A stretch of DNA of 26,466 nt, taken from IMG/VR virus record IMGVR_UViG_3300032225_001105, positions 1 through 26,466 of that record, one strand, 5' to 3'. Position 1 is the stretch's first letter, and each line of letters starts with the position of its first letter. This DNA is from a virus. Lineage: Duplodnaviria; Caudoviricetes. The notes beneath the pieces were generated by a model, which did no database searches, was not told where the DNA came from, and saw only the letters and a program-made list of their open reading frames with translations. Made by a program: the position numbers and the translations under genes. Positions 15,671 through 24,977 of the stretch are shown here, piece by piece.

Positions 15671-17700
15671 GCACCGTAGCCGCAGTCCGTGCAGGACGCA
15701 CCTTCGTCGAAGTCTTGATGGACGACACGCAGTTCCGTGCCGCCATGACGCGGGTGGAGCAGCGGATGGTGAAGTTGAGTCGGTCGCTCAAAACCATGGG
15801 CGCCGGCATGGCCGCCACCGGTGCGGTGATGGGGCTGCCGATGGTGCTGGCCGCAAAACAGGCCGCGAAGTTTGAGGATGCCCTTCTTGAGCTGAAAGCC
15901 GCCGAGAAGTCGATCACGCCAGACGCGCTCAAGCGAGTGCGTGACGAGGCGATCAGTCTCTCAAAGGCGCTTGGCGAGTCGCCGGAAACGGTGATGCAGG
16001 CTTTCACGTTGCTCATCAAGGCCGGCATGACGGTCGAGGATGCGATAAACGGCGTTGCCAAGTCGGCAGTGCAGTTTTCTAGGGTCTCGGGCGTCTCTGC
16101 CGAAGAGGCTGCGACGTTCATGAAGACGGCCATGAATATGTTCGGTGTAACCGCGGCCGAAGCGGTTGACACGCTATCCGCTGCCGCCGACTCAACTGAA
16201 GCGACGATGGCCGGGCTTGTTGAGGCGTTCGGTCTCGTGGGGGCGGTTGCGGCCGGGACCAACCAAACGCTGTTCGGCACTTCCCAGGCGATTGCGGCCT
16301 TGGCGAAGTCCGGCATTCACGGCGAGGAAGCCGGCACCGGCATCAAGGTATTTCTGTCGCGACTGATCGCCCCTTCCGGCGAGGCCACCGAGGCGCTTGT
16401 CAAGCTGGGGCTGACTGTCCAGATGTTCCGCGACAAGGCCGGCGATCTGCTGCCGCTCTCGCAAATGGTTGAAATCTTGAATAAGCAGCTTGGCCATCTC
16501 TCGCATGACACCCTTGACAAGATCATGCGAGACGATGCGATTGTGCGGGTATTCGGCGACCGCGGTATCAAGGTGATGAAGACGTTTGCCGTTCTCGGCA
16601 AGGCCGGCATGGAGGAAGTCGCGATTGCGATGGAGAGAAGCCGATCGGTTTCCGAGAAACATCAGATTGTCATGGCTGGTCTGACTGGCACGTTCTTGCG
16701 GCTGCAAAACTCTGTCAAGCTGATGGCGATTGCGTTCATGGAAGGAGGAACTCCGGCCCTCAAGGCGTTTGCCGACGCCGCAATCCCAGTGATGGATTCC
16801 ATCTCGTCGCTGCTGACGAGCGTGCCGGCAATCTCTCCGGCCCTTGCGACCATGGCCGCAGCCCTGTTTGGCGTCGGCATTGTTGCGACTGGCCTCGGTT
16901 TCGCCGTGCAGTTTGTGGCCTATGGGTTGAGTGGCCTTGCCCTCCTAAAGCCGATCATCGTGGCCGCCCTTGGGGTTATTTCGACCGCCGTGTATGGGCT
17001 TGCGGCGGCGTTCACGGTGCTGCGTGCTGTCGTGGAGCGGTTCCCGGTAGCCAGCATCCTTGGGTTCGGTGCCTTCGGCTTGGCCGCCATGGGTGCCATG
17101 GTGGCGACCAGGAAGGTCGGGGCGAAGGCTGGTGATGCTGCCGCAGGCGGCGGGGCCGCAGGCGATCCGGCCAAAATCCAACGCGATCAAAACCGAGATC
17201 CGCTGGCACAACCAGGCAAGCAAGGTGCCGGGATGGCATCTGGCGATCGAGGGAAATCGCTCGGCACGTTCGCTGCTGCCGTGGCGTCGCAGATGGGCAT
17301 TGGCCCGGCGCTTTCATCGCAGGATCAGATGGTCAACTTCGCCGCCATGACGGCCGCCAACACCGAAGAGTTGGTCAAGCAAAGCATGGTCATCCCGCAA
17401 CAAATCGCCGCCGAGATTTTCAAGTCAATCGGCAGCGTGGCCCCCACCCTGCCGTTCGGCCCGAAACCTCCGGTGCAGGGTCCGGACGGCCTATTCAACG
17501 TCCCTGGGGCAAAGATCCCAGCCGCCGCAGACCTGCAGGCCGGCATGAATGCCCCCGGCGTTCGCGGCGGCGTTGGAGCAAGAAACAACGGCGACCTTGT
17601 CAGTGCAAGCGAGCGAGCTGCGATCGCTGCCGAAGAGTCTCGCAACTACCTGCGGCAACTCGTTGAGAAGGCCGCCAACGGAGGGCTGGCGTTCGCCTAA
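15667..17700 (+). CDS. Tail tape measure protein (TP901-type core)
   Basis: 677 aa Ala-rich helical protein; L.KAG, D.L..AA, GI.GE.AGT motifs. Confidence 0.9.
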   Translation: MSTVAAVRAGRTFVEVLMDDTQFRAAMTRVEQRMVKLSRSLKTMGAGMAATGAVMGLPMVLAAKQAAKFEDALLELKAAEKSITPDALKRVRDEAISLSKALGESPETVMQAFTLLIKAGMTVEDAINGVAKSAVQFSRVSGVSAEEAATFMKTAMNMFGVTAAEAVDTLSAAADSTEATMAGLVEAFGLVGAVAAGTNQTLFGTSQAIAALAKSGIHGEEAGTGIKVFLSRLIAPSGEATEALVKLGLTVQMFRDKAGDLLPLSQMVEILNKQLGHLSHDTLDKIMRDDAIVRVFGDRGIKVMKTFAVLGKAGMEEVAIAMERSRSVSEKHQIVMAGLTGTFLRLQNSVKLMAIAFMEGGTPALKAFADAAIPVMDSISSLLTSVPAISPALATMAAALFGVGIVATGLGFAVQFVAYGLSGLALLKPIIVAALGVISTAVYGLAAAFTVLRAVVERFPVASILGFGAFGLAAMGAMVATRKVGAKAGDAAAGGGAAGDPAKIQRDQNRDPLAQPGKQGAGMASGDRGKSLGTFAAAVASQMGIGPALSSQDQMVNFAAMTAANTEELVKQSMVIPQQIAAEIFKSIGSVAPTLPFGPKPPVQGPDGLFNVPGAKIPAAADLQAGMNAPGVRGGVGARNNGDLVSASERAAIAAEESRNYLRQLVEKAANGGLAFA

Positions 17701-17703
17701 TCC

Positions 17704-18693
17704 ATGGCACTCATCGTACCCAACAAGATCGAGACGGTTGAAAGCGGCGCGGGCACGCTGTCGTCGGGCGATACCGGCCTCATCTCTCGCGAAGTTGAGC
17801 TGAAATGGATCGTGTCGGAGATGGATTCTTACGACAAGGCGGAAACGAAAGGGAAGGAGCTTGCGCCGCTCTACTATGACGGCCACCAGCGAGGGGCAAT
17901 CAACTGCACGCCACTCGGGAACGGCTGGTATCGGATCTCAGCCAACTATCGGAACGAGGGTATTTCCGACTATGAGGGGTGGGGTGTTGAAGGCGCCACT
18001 GCAACGCTTGTTCCAAACGGCGTGACGGTCGATACCACGGGTGGCAGCGAGCTTATCACGCAATCGCTTGAGACCTCAAAGTATCCATCGGAAGGCGAAA
18101 ACGTCGCACCGGATTCGTTTGGTGCAATCAACGTCTCCGGCGACCAGGTGCATGGAATCCAAAAGACGATTCCAACATTCAACTTCACCGAAACGTGGGC
18201 CGTGCCGTCTTGGTATTTGTTGGTTGGATCTCGCAAGGGCAACGTGGACAAAGACGACGAACAGAAGCCGGGTCCGTCGGATCCCTATGCGAAAACGCTG
18301 CGCAACTTGACGGGCCAGGTGAACCGATACCCGTTTCGTATTTTTGACGCCGGCGAGGTGTTATTTCTAGGTGCGAGATACGACATAACGCGGTCTTCAA
18401 CAATGGTGATGGTGACCTATTCGTTTAGCGTTCAGCCAAATCGAGACGATTTCAAGGTTGGCGACATCACGGTGAAATACAAGGACGGGTGGGATTTCTT
18501 GTGGGTGCAATACCAAGACGAGTCGAGCGAGGGGTCTGCGGTCAAGAAACCAAAATACGTCTACGTCGATCGCATCTATGAACGGGCCAACTTTGACGAT
18601 TTGCTGATTGGCAAGGATTGGAATCAGCACTTCATCTATTCCGGCGATACGTTCACGCACCCACTTGATGACAAAAAGAGAAACAAGTCGTGA
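17704..18693 (+). CDS. Tail tip / distal tail-like protein
   Basis: First gene after the tape measure gene; DTTGG, F..GEVLFLGA, K.GWD.LWV.Y motifs; beta-rich. Confidence 0.55.
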   Translation: MALIVPNKIETVESGAGTLSSGDTGLISREVELKWIVSEMDSYDKAETKGKELAPLYYDGHQRGAINCTPLGNGWYRISANYRNEGISDYEGWGVEGATATLVPNGVTVDTTGGSELITQSLETSKYPSEGENVAPDSFGAINVSGDQVHGIQKTIPTFNFTETWAVPSWYLLVGSRKGNVDKDDEQKPGPSDPYAKTLRNLTGQVNRYPFRIFDAGEVLFLGARYDITRSSTMVMVTYSFSVQPNRDDFKVGDITVKYKDGWDFLWVQYQDESSEGSAVKKPKYVYVDRIYERANFDDLLIGKDWNQHFIYSGDTFTHPLDDKKRNKS

Positions 18694-19406
18694 GCGACGC
18701 ATTCCGCAAGGTTCGGCCGGGCGAGCCAGTCCGAGTGGCGGCCTCGGCCTGGAACCGGATCATCGACCAGGTCGTCACCAAACCGCGATTTGATGGCGAG
18801 GGATCGGCGTGGCCTGAGACAAACTTCCGGGTGCGGTGCAAAAACTTTACCTCCACTGGCATTTCCCGGTGGGGAGTGCTCCAGGTCAGCAACGTGCTCG
18901 AGCAGCCGACCGGCGTCGGCAGCCAGTTTGAGCAGTGGCCGGGCGTGATCGGCGTCACGCCGTCGTCGCTTGCCGGCGGTGGTGCCGCCTACGCGGTGGC
19001 GGTTGAGCCAATCCCGGCCGGGTCCATAGGCAGGGCCGCGATCGACGGCGTCGTGCAGGCGAAGGTGCTGGTGCTCTGCACCGGGCACCAATACGCGAAG
19101 CCGAAGTCGAGCGAAATCGACTACTTGGAGACGTGCGAGGCCGGGCCGTTCCGGATCATCTGGAAGGGGACGACCGGGCCGGCAAACCCGACGGGCGTCA
19201 CTGGTCCCACGAAGCCGTGGGCGTTGCTCTCGTTCTGTCACGATCGCATTCCAGAGACGATTCCCGGCCACTCCACCGGCGCCACCCAGCTCCTCGGCCA
19301 CGGCAAGGGCTCCACCGGGGCGTCGGGGTGCGACACGGGCCTGCAGTGGTATTCCGTGACGGAGTGCTCGGGCAACCCGTCCTACGCCTCCAGCTACTTC
19401 CTCTGA
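18690..19406 (+). CDS. Tail tip-associated structural protein
   Basis: GTGA coupling; KV.PG...AWN..ID and EPI.AG.IG.A..DGV motifs; Thr-Gly-rich C-terminus. Confidence 0.55.
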   Translation: MSDAFRKVRPGEPVRVAASAWNRIIDQVVTKPRFDGEGSAWPETNFRVRCKNFTSTGISRWGVLQVSNVLEQPTGVGSQFEQWPGVIGVTPSSLAGGGAAYAVAVEPIPAGSIGRAAIDGVVQAKVLVLCTGHQYAKPKSSEIDYLETCEAGPFRIIWKGTTGPANPTGVTGPTKPWALLSFCHDRIPETIPGHSTGATQLLGHGKGSTGASGCDTGLQWYSVTECSGNPSYASSYFL

Positions 19407-19413
19407 GGTTCCG

Positions 19414-19752
19414 ATGCCCGAATCATTCGCCAGCCGCGGCTACCGGCTTTCCACCACCGGCACCACCTACGTCGCCACGGGCGTGACCGGGACAACTGGC
19501 ACCACGGGCGTGACGCTGGTGCGGTCGATCTCTGTCGCCAACGTGGACTTGTCCAACGCTGCAGCGGTGACGGTGCGGCTGCACCAGGGGGCGACCGGCT
19601 ATGCCTTGGCGGCCAACGTCAACGTGGCGACCGGCACCCGCTACGAAGTGCTGACGGCCCCGCTGGCGGTTCGGCAGGGGGATTCGGTGTCAGCCACGGC
19701 GTCGGCGGTTGACCGGCTCGAGGTTGTGGTTTCGTCGTTGGAGATCACCTGA
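19414..19752 (+). CDS. Small beta-rich virion protein (same family as 8587..8916)
   Basis: S+SVAN...LA....VA......L....D.VS..AS......S.EIT alignment by eye. Confidence 0.6.
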   Translation: MPESFASRGYRLSTTGTTYVATGVTGTTGTTGVTLVRSISVANVDLSNAAAVTVRLHQGATGYALAANVNVATGTRYEVLTAPLAVRQGDSVSATASAVDRLEVVVSSLEIT

Positions 19753-19754
19753 TC

Positions 19755-21110
19755 GTGGAGATCCGGTTTCGGAATGGTGGGCCGCTGATGCTGCCCGGAG
19801 CAGTTGTCGCCGGCAGCGAAGCGTGCTGCTGCGAGAATCCGCCGCCGGACTGCCTTTGCGGCGATCTTTGTTTGTATCGCCTAGAAGTGGTTTCGCCTGT
19901 GGCGATGGCTGTTGCGCATCGTTTTGAATGCAATGGCTCAAATGCGAGCGTCACAAAAACTCCGGGCGTCATGTCTGCGGTCATTGAGGATGTGGCTCCA
20001 TCGGAAACTTGGCCATTTCCATATATCGACGACAGTGTTTCAACGTCATGGATATTTGACACCTTTGATGTCAAAGGCAGGGCCGCAGGCGTAACTCACA
20101 GAGGAATGAGAAATCAGTATTCCTTTGGCATTCGGCCGCGAGGATTTTATTTTGACATTCAAGTTGAGCTGCGATGCGGAAGCGTTCCGCCTTCTAAAGA
20201 CAGAGTTGGAAACTACATATATATCCAACTGTATGCAGAGTCATATACGGCCGGTGAGTCAGTAGGCAACATTCGCCGGGTGTTGAAAAGAAAGGTTGTC
20301 GCGCTTGATGACTATTGCAGTTCCGATGTTCGCAAGAGATGCCCGGATTCAGTGTGGTATGGCGCTCAAACAAAGATGTTTGATGCAATCGGCGAGTTCA
20401 CTGTCTCGTTTGACACAACATCGCTTGGCGCGTTTGACGACCTTAGCCTCGGAGAAAGAGGCGACGACGATGCGGTAAGCATTATGGAGACTGCTTCTGA
20501 TGCGCTGCCGCCCACAACCTTCCGCATCACCTCGCGGCGTAACTGCGATTCGCCAGTCACATGCAATTGCGCCGCATCGCTCCGCGGGATGGTTGTTGAT
20601 CTTGGCAATCTCAAATCAGTAAGCAGCTCCGCGCCGTCGTCGTATCGAGTCAGCAGTTCGCTCGTTGATTTTGTTTACATGTATGACACGTCGGACCAAA
20701 CCGTTGCCTGGCAAGGTCCGTTCGGGTTTTACGAATACGACCAGAACGACCCGGACGGCCCGCAAAACGGCGACGGCAAGTTTACCCGCCGTTTATGGCG
20801 GCAGCGTGCAGAACTCTACTGCGACGTGATCGACGGAGTCGCTCAGTGGTTTGTGCTCTTCACGAGTTTTCGTGACATCTACAACGAAGCCGGAACCTCG
20901 ACGCATCGGTCATACGACCAGTGGGCCGGCAAGATTGACTGCTTCAAGGCGTGCGAGGACTTGGATAACTACATCGACGCAGATGACCCGGTGCCAATGG
21001 GGGAGCCGTATGACATCGAATACCTCGGGCGAACAACCGAAACCGGATACCTTGAGTGCGAACCGCCACCGAGACTCACAATCCGCTTCACGCAATTCGT
21101 CACTTGTTGA
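19755..21110 (+). CDS. Cys-rich putative receptor-binding/tail tip protein
   Basis: 451 aa, EACCC near the N-terminus, many Cys, visibly lower GC in ~19900-20500. Confidence 0.5.
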   Translation: MEIRFRNGGPLMLPGAVVAGSEACCCENPPPDCLCGDLCLYRLEVVSPVAMAVAHRFECNGSNASVTKTPGVMSAVIEDVAPSETWPFPYIDDSVSTSWIFDTFDVKGRAAGVTHRGMRNQYSFGIRPRGFYFDIQVELRCGSVPPSKDRVGNYIYIQLYAESYTAGESVGNIRRVLKRKVVALDDYCSSDVRKRCPDSVWYGAQTKMFDAIGEFTVSFDTTSLGAFDDLSLGERGDDDAVSIMETASDALPPTTFRITSRRNCDSPVTCNCAASLRGMVVDLGNLKSVSSSAPSSYRVSSSLVDFVYMYDTSDQTVAWQGPFGFYEYDQNDPDGPQNGDGKFTRRLWRQRAELYCDVIDGVAQWFVLFTSFRDIYNEAGTSTHRSYDQWAGKIDCFKACEDLDNYIDADDPVPMGEPYDIEYLGRTTETGYLECEPPPRLTIRFTQFVTC

Positions 21111-21162
21111 GCGATACCATGCCATCCGTGCGGCGAAGGCAGGCACCGAAGCCCCGCCCGCC

Positions 21163-21462
21163 ATGCCCGGCTTCCTAGAGCGTGTCGGCAACTTTGCCAC
21201 GTCCGCCGTGCGTCACGTCGCCGCCGGAGCCCCACGCTGCACCGACGAGGAGGTGGCAGCGAGGTTCGCTATCTGCCAAGGATGCGAGCACTACACCGGG
21301 TCGGCCTGCAGGAAGTGTGGGTGTGGCGTGAGCGGGCAGCGTGGGCTTGTCTCAAAACTCTCCTGGGCCGGCGAGTCGTGCCCCGTGGGGAAATGGGTGC
21401 CGATCACGCGGGAAAAAACAGCGGTTGACGGTTGTCCACCTACGGAGACACTCGCTGAATGA
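21163..21462 (+). CDS. Small Cys-rich metal-binding protein (start uncertain)
   Basis: R.AIC..C.......C..CGC.....K......CP.GKW motif. Confidence 0.6.
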   Translation: MPGFLERVGNFATSAVRHVAAGAPRCTDEEVAARFAICQGCEHYTGSACRKCGCGVSGQRGLVSKLSWAGESCPVGKWVPITREKTAVDGCPPTETLAE

Positions 21463-21488
21463 GCGGACGCAAAACCACGGAGGTTCGC

Positions 21489-21749
21489 ATGGCGAAAGGT
21501 TCGTTGCTGTCTGTCGTGTCCGACCGCTACTCAAAAATAAAACCCGCCCCGCGGGATTTCTTTGGCCGGCTGCCGCCGGAGGCTCAGGCCGAGTTGCTTG
21601 AGGTTCGCCGCCAGTTCCAGGCAGGAGCCATGGCAGGCACCGGAGCCAAGGCGCTCGCCTCCGTCGTCGTTGCCGCTTGCGAAGAACGTGGTTGGACAAC
21701 TTGCTCCCCGACGAGGATGCGCGAATGGCTGGCTCGCCGGGAAAGCTGA
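21489..21749 (+). CDS. Small hypothetical protein, possibly HTH
   Basis: GGAGGT RBS at 21479-21484 before ATG 21489; coupled to the phosphoesterase gene. Confidence 0.6.
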   Translation: MAKGSLLSVVSDRYSKIKPAPRDFFGRLPPEAQAELLEVRRQFQAGAMAGTGAKALASVVVAACEERGWTTCSPTRMREWLARRES

Positions 21750-22807
21750 CTGCCGACGTTGCGGCCCGCGTGAACGAAGCCGATCGGCTGGCAACCGACG
21801 CCGATCTGGCACGTCTGCGGTCGGAGGTGGCGTCGTACCGAAAAAGGTATACCGCGGCACTCGCCGCGCTTGACCGCGAGCGGTCGCGGGCAGACGCCGC
21901 GCTGTCGCTGCAGGGGATCAAGCCGGTGCGCGGCAAGCCTGCCGCCAAGCGGGCCGCTAAGAAACACGCGGCCACGATGGTGTTCATGCTGTCGGACGTG
22001 CACTGCGAAGAGCGCGTCGATCCGGCAACCGTCAACGGTGAGAACGACTATTCGCTCGAGGTGTGCGAGCGGCGGCTGGCAGAGCTTGAGCGGCGGCTGT
22101 TCACCATGCTTGAGCACGAGCGGACGCTGGCAGACATCCGGCGGATCGTCGTCTGGCTGGGTGGCGATTTCATCACGGGGCACATTCACCCGGATTGCGT
22201 CGAGGTAACGCAGCTGACCCCACCCAACGCAACCAGGTGGATCGGAGAGCGGATTCGTGGGCTGATCGACGCGATCGCCGAGCGGGTGGATTCGGTCGTG
22301 ATTGCCACCAACGCCGGCAACCACGGGCGGAGCACCGAGAAGCTCCGGATCGCCACGGAGCTAGACCACTCGTGGGAACAGTTGATGTACCACACGCTCG
22401 CCCGCGAAGAGCGGAACACGAACGTGGATTGGCAGATCGCCACCGGGCACCTGGGCTACGTGGACCTTGACGGGTTCGTTTTGCGGACGACGCACGGCCA
22501 TTCCATCCGTTATGCCGGTGGCGTCTACGGCTTGGCACTGCCGGCGAGCAAGGCGATTGCCGCGTGGGACGTGAGCCGCCGGGCTGACCTGACGATCTTC
22601 GGCCACTACCACAACTGGGGCTGGCTCCGCGGTGCCCGGTACGTCTGCAACGGCAGCGTGATTGGCTACTCGCCGTACGCGGTGTTCATCAAGGCGTCGA
22701 GCAACGAGCGGCCATGCCAAGGGCTGGTGGTGATCGACCACGGACGGCGGGAAGTGACGAAGGCTTACCCGCTGTTTTGCGACGGCGACTTGAGGGCAAA
22801 GCATTGA
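21725..22807 (+). CDS. Calcineurin-like metallophosphoesterase with N-terminal coiled coil
   Basis: SDVH, GGD, GNHGR, HGH, GHYH motifs in the canonical order. Confidence 0.88.
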   Translation: MAGSPGKLTADVAARVNEADRLATDADLARLRSEVASYRKRYTAALAALDRERSRADAALSLQGIKPVRGKPAAKRAAKKHAATMVFMLSDVHCEERVDPATVNGENDYSLEVCERRLAELERRLFTMLEHERTLADIRRIVVWLGGDFITGHIHPDCVEVTQLTPPNATRWIGERIRGLIDAIAERVDSVVIATNAGNHGRSTEKLRIATELDHSWEQLMYHTLAREERNTNVDWQIATGHLGYVDLDGFVLRTTHGHSIRYAGGVYGLALPASKAIAAWDVSRRADLTIFGHYHNWGWLRGARYVCNGSVIGYSPYAVFIKASSNERPCQGLVVIDHGRREVTKAYPLFCDGDLRAKH

Positions 22808-23355
22808 CCCTCCTGCCAGACGACTACATCGCACAAGCCAACCGGGACGCACGTCGCTACCAGGGGCAATGGACTGGAACGATTGGGTCGATGGCGGCCC
22901 ACGTCCGGAGACTCATCATCGAGAGAGAGGAGATCATGCTGATGCTGGAAGGGAAGCAGCGCGCCGCGCCGGAGGTGTCCGCCATCGTCGAAGAGGCGTG
23001 GGCGAAATACCGGCAGCACGGTCCTGCGGAGCGGAAGGTGTACGGGTGCGATGGCGACAAGCCGGCGAAGGCAACGCCAGCCGAAGAGTTGTGCCACCGC
23101 ACGGCGGAGGTGATCCGCGATCGGCGGCCGAAGTACGGCGGGCCAAAACAACACTTCGCCCGCACGATCGGCATGGTCAATGCGGCGTTCTCCGACGTGC
23201 TGAAACGTCCGCTCACCGAGGCGGATTGGGCCACCATCATGATCCTCGACAAGATCGCCCGGTTCCGGGGTCCAAATGCCACGGTGGATGGCCCGGTGGA
23301 CATCGCCGGTTACGCCGCGTGCTTGTTTGAGGTAATGGACAATCCGGGCACCTGA
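22804..23355 (+). CDS. DUF6378-like domain protein
   Basis: DR...YG.P..HF.R......M.L.KIAR......D..VDIAGYA; TTGA overlap start. Confidence 0.7.
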   Translation: MTLLPDDYIAQANRDARRYQGQWTGTIGSMAAHVRRLIIEREEIMLMLEGKQRAAPEVSAIVEEAWAKYRQHGPAERKVYGCDGDKPAKATPAEELCHRTAEVIRDRRPKYGGPKQHFARTIGMVNAAFSDVLKRPLTEADWATIMILDKIARFRGPNATVDGPVDIAGYAACLFEVMDNPGT

Positions 23356-23370
23356 ACAAACGTACAATAG
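23352..23370 (+). promoter_or_regulatory. Putative promoter/operator
   Basis: CTGAACAAACGTACAATAG with -10-like TACAAT; repeat of 2761-2779. Confidence 0.45.
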
Positions 23371-23387
23371 AGGGGAGAGGGCAGACA

Positions 23388-23612
23388 GTGGCCGGAGAGG
23401 CGAGAGAGTGGCTGTTTCGGACGACTCGCCGCGGGCGCGAGCCGCTCGCTGCACCGAATGAGGGCGGATCGCATCTTCACTACCAGCCCACTCGCCGGGT
23501 CGGCATCGGCTCGATTACGTCCAACAAAATGACATACCTCGAATACCTCGCCATCCGCAGCGGCATGACGCTCACAGAGGTGAAGAGGCTCCTAGATGAA
23601 GGGAAACGCTAA
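23388..23612 (+). CDS. Hypothetical protein (74 aa)
   Basis: Purine-rich RBS region; TAATG coupling to the next gene. Confidence 0.55.
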   Translation: MAGEAREWLFRTTRRGREPLAAPNEGGSHLHYQPTRRVGIGSITSNKMTYLEYLAIRSGMTLTEVKRLLDEGKR

Positions 23613-24082
23613 TGCCGACAAGTCTCACCGTAGCCGGCACCACCCGGCTCGCCTGGTCGTTGTCCGATCCGCAGTCCGTCGCCTCCTACTCCGCCACCGG
23701 AGAGGAGCGGTCAACGCGAGCAATCGACAACGGCACGGGTGTCGGCCAGGCGAACGTGGCCGCGACTAAGACGATCACCGGCACGCAGGCCGGTTTCGGT
23801 CTGTCGCTCACCGGCATTACCGGTTCGGTGCTCGGCACCACGCAGACCGCCAACGTCTCAACCGTTCGGGAGTTGCTCGTGCAGGTGAACACCGGGCCGA
23901 CCGGTGGGTTTTTGACCATGACGCACCCCGGCATCTCCGGCGTCCGGGTTGGGCTCGGCGGGCAGTTCCACCTCGCCGATTACCAATCCGGCATCACGGG
24001 CGGGACGCTGTCGTTCTCGTCAACCGTGGCCGGCACCTACAACGTGGACGTGACCGCCGTTGGCGTGGGGAGCTACACATGA
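23612..24082 (+). CDS. Thr/Gly-rich beta protein, probably virion-associated
   Basis: 156 aa; NGTG..QA and several TGxTG motifs. Confidence 0.6.
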   Translation: MPTSLTVAGTTRLAWSLSDPQSVASYSATGEERSTRAIDNGTGVGQANVAATKTITGTQAGFGLSLTGITGSVLGTTQTANVSTVRELLVQVNTGPTGGFLTMTHPGISGVRVGLGGQFHLADYQSGITGGTLSFSSTVAGTYNVDVTAVGVGSYT

Positions 24083-24456
24083 CCGGAAGTATTTCGGATG
24101 TCGTTTCGGCGGCCGACGAGCAGAAGAACGTGCTTGACAAGATCGCCGTGTTCGTGGCTGCGGCGAAGGCCGCGGCCGTGGGCGGCATTACCTGGGGCGA
24201 GTTCACCCAGCTTGCCCTCGACCTGCTGCGGCTGGTCGTGTCGTCGCTTGACACCGTCAAGAGCATGACGGGGGCGGAGAAAAAGGCTGCGGCCATCGAC
24301 GCCGTGGGGATGCTGTTCGATGCCCTCGCCGACAAGGCAATCCCGACCGTCGTCTGGCCTGTGTGGCTCATTGTCCGGTCGTCGGTTCGCACGCTCATCT
24401 TGGCGATGGCGGGCGGTGCCGTGGAATACATCCTGCCCACCGTCCGCAAGGTGTGA
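24079..24456 (+). CDS. Membrane-associated protein, possible holin
   Basis: GAEKK motif and hydrophobic C-terminal helices. Confidence 0.45.
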   Translation: MTGSISDVVSAADEQKNVLDKIAVFVAAAKAAAVGGITWGEFTQLALDLLRLVVSSLDTVKSMTGAEKKAAAIDAVGMLFDALADKAIPTVVWPVWLIVRSSVRTLILAMAGGAVEYILPTVRKV

Positions 24457-24458
24457 CC

Positions 24459-24734
24459 ATGCCGATCCCGACGCTATCCGAGTTGCGGACGCTCCATGAG
24501 TGGTCCCCGATCCTCGGCTACCTGCGTCGGCTTTCGGCAACGCTCGATGCCCGGGAACGGGCAGTGATCCTCGGCGACATGGTGGAGTGGGTTTCGGAGA
24601 AGGTGCAGCTGCCATTCCTTGAGCGGCTGGCAGTGAAGTTCGCCGCGGTCGTGAAGACGCCGGAAGGTATCGACCTGGTCCGTGAGGCGGTCGTGGTTGG
24701 CGACAAGATTGTGGATTCCATGCCCAAGGAGTAG
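24459..24734 (+). CDS. Hypothetical protein (91 aa)
   Basis: ATG two nt after the previous stop; in frame with track ORF 24363..24734. Confidence 0.6.
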   Translation: MPIPTLSELRTLHEWSPILGYLRRLSATLDARERAVILGDMVEWVSEKVQLPFLERLAVKFAAVVKTPEGIDLVREAVVVGDKIVDSMPKE

Positions 24735-24740
24735 CCGTCC

Positions 24741-24977
24741 GTGATCCAGACTTACGTTCAGACTGCCGTGGGAATCGCCGTCGTTGTCTATGCCCTGTAC
24801 CTGCTCGCCCAACGGGTGGGGTTGCGGTGGCCGCCAAAGGCCGCCGGCCTTCCGGTCGATGATGTGCGGATCGTGTCGGACCTCGCCACCAGGCTGCGGG
24901 CTGCACAGAAGACCGATGCGGTGAAGATTGCCCTTGCCCTTCACGCCGAGCTGCTCAAGCCGGAGACGAATGCGTGA
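24741..24977 (+). CDS. Small protein with N-terminal transmembrane helix
   Basis: AVGIAVVVYALYLLA segment; AAGGAG upstream. Confidence 0.6.
   Translation: MIQTYVQTAVGIAVVVYALYLLAQRVGLRWPPKAAGLPVDDVRIVSDLATRLRAAQKTDAVKIALALHAELLKPETNA

Noticed and set aside
20851-21162. Upstream part of track ORF 20851..21462
   Set aside because: It mostly overlaps the 451-aa gene; only the C-terminal Cys-rich part looks like a real protein.
21425-21453. TTGACG...GACACT sigma70-like promoter
   Set aside because: The -10 match is poor and it lies inside a coding region; not supportable by eye.
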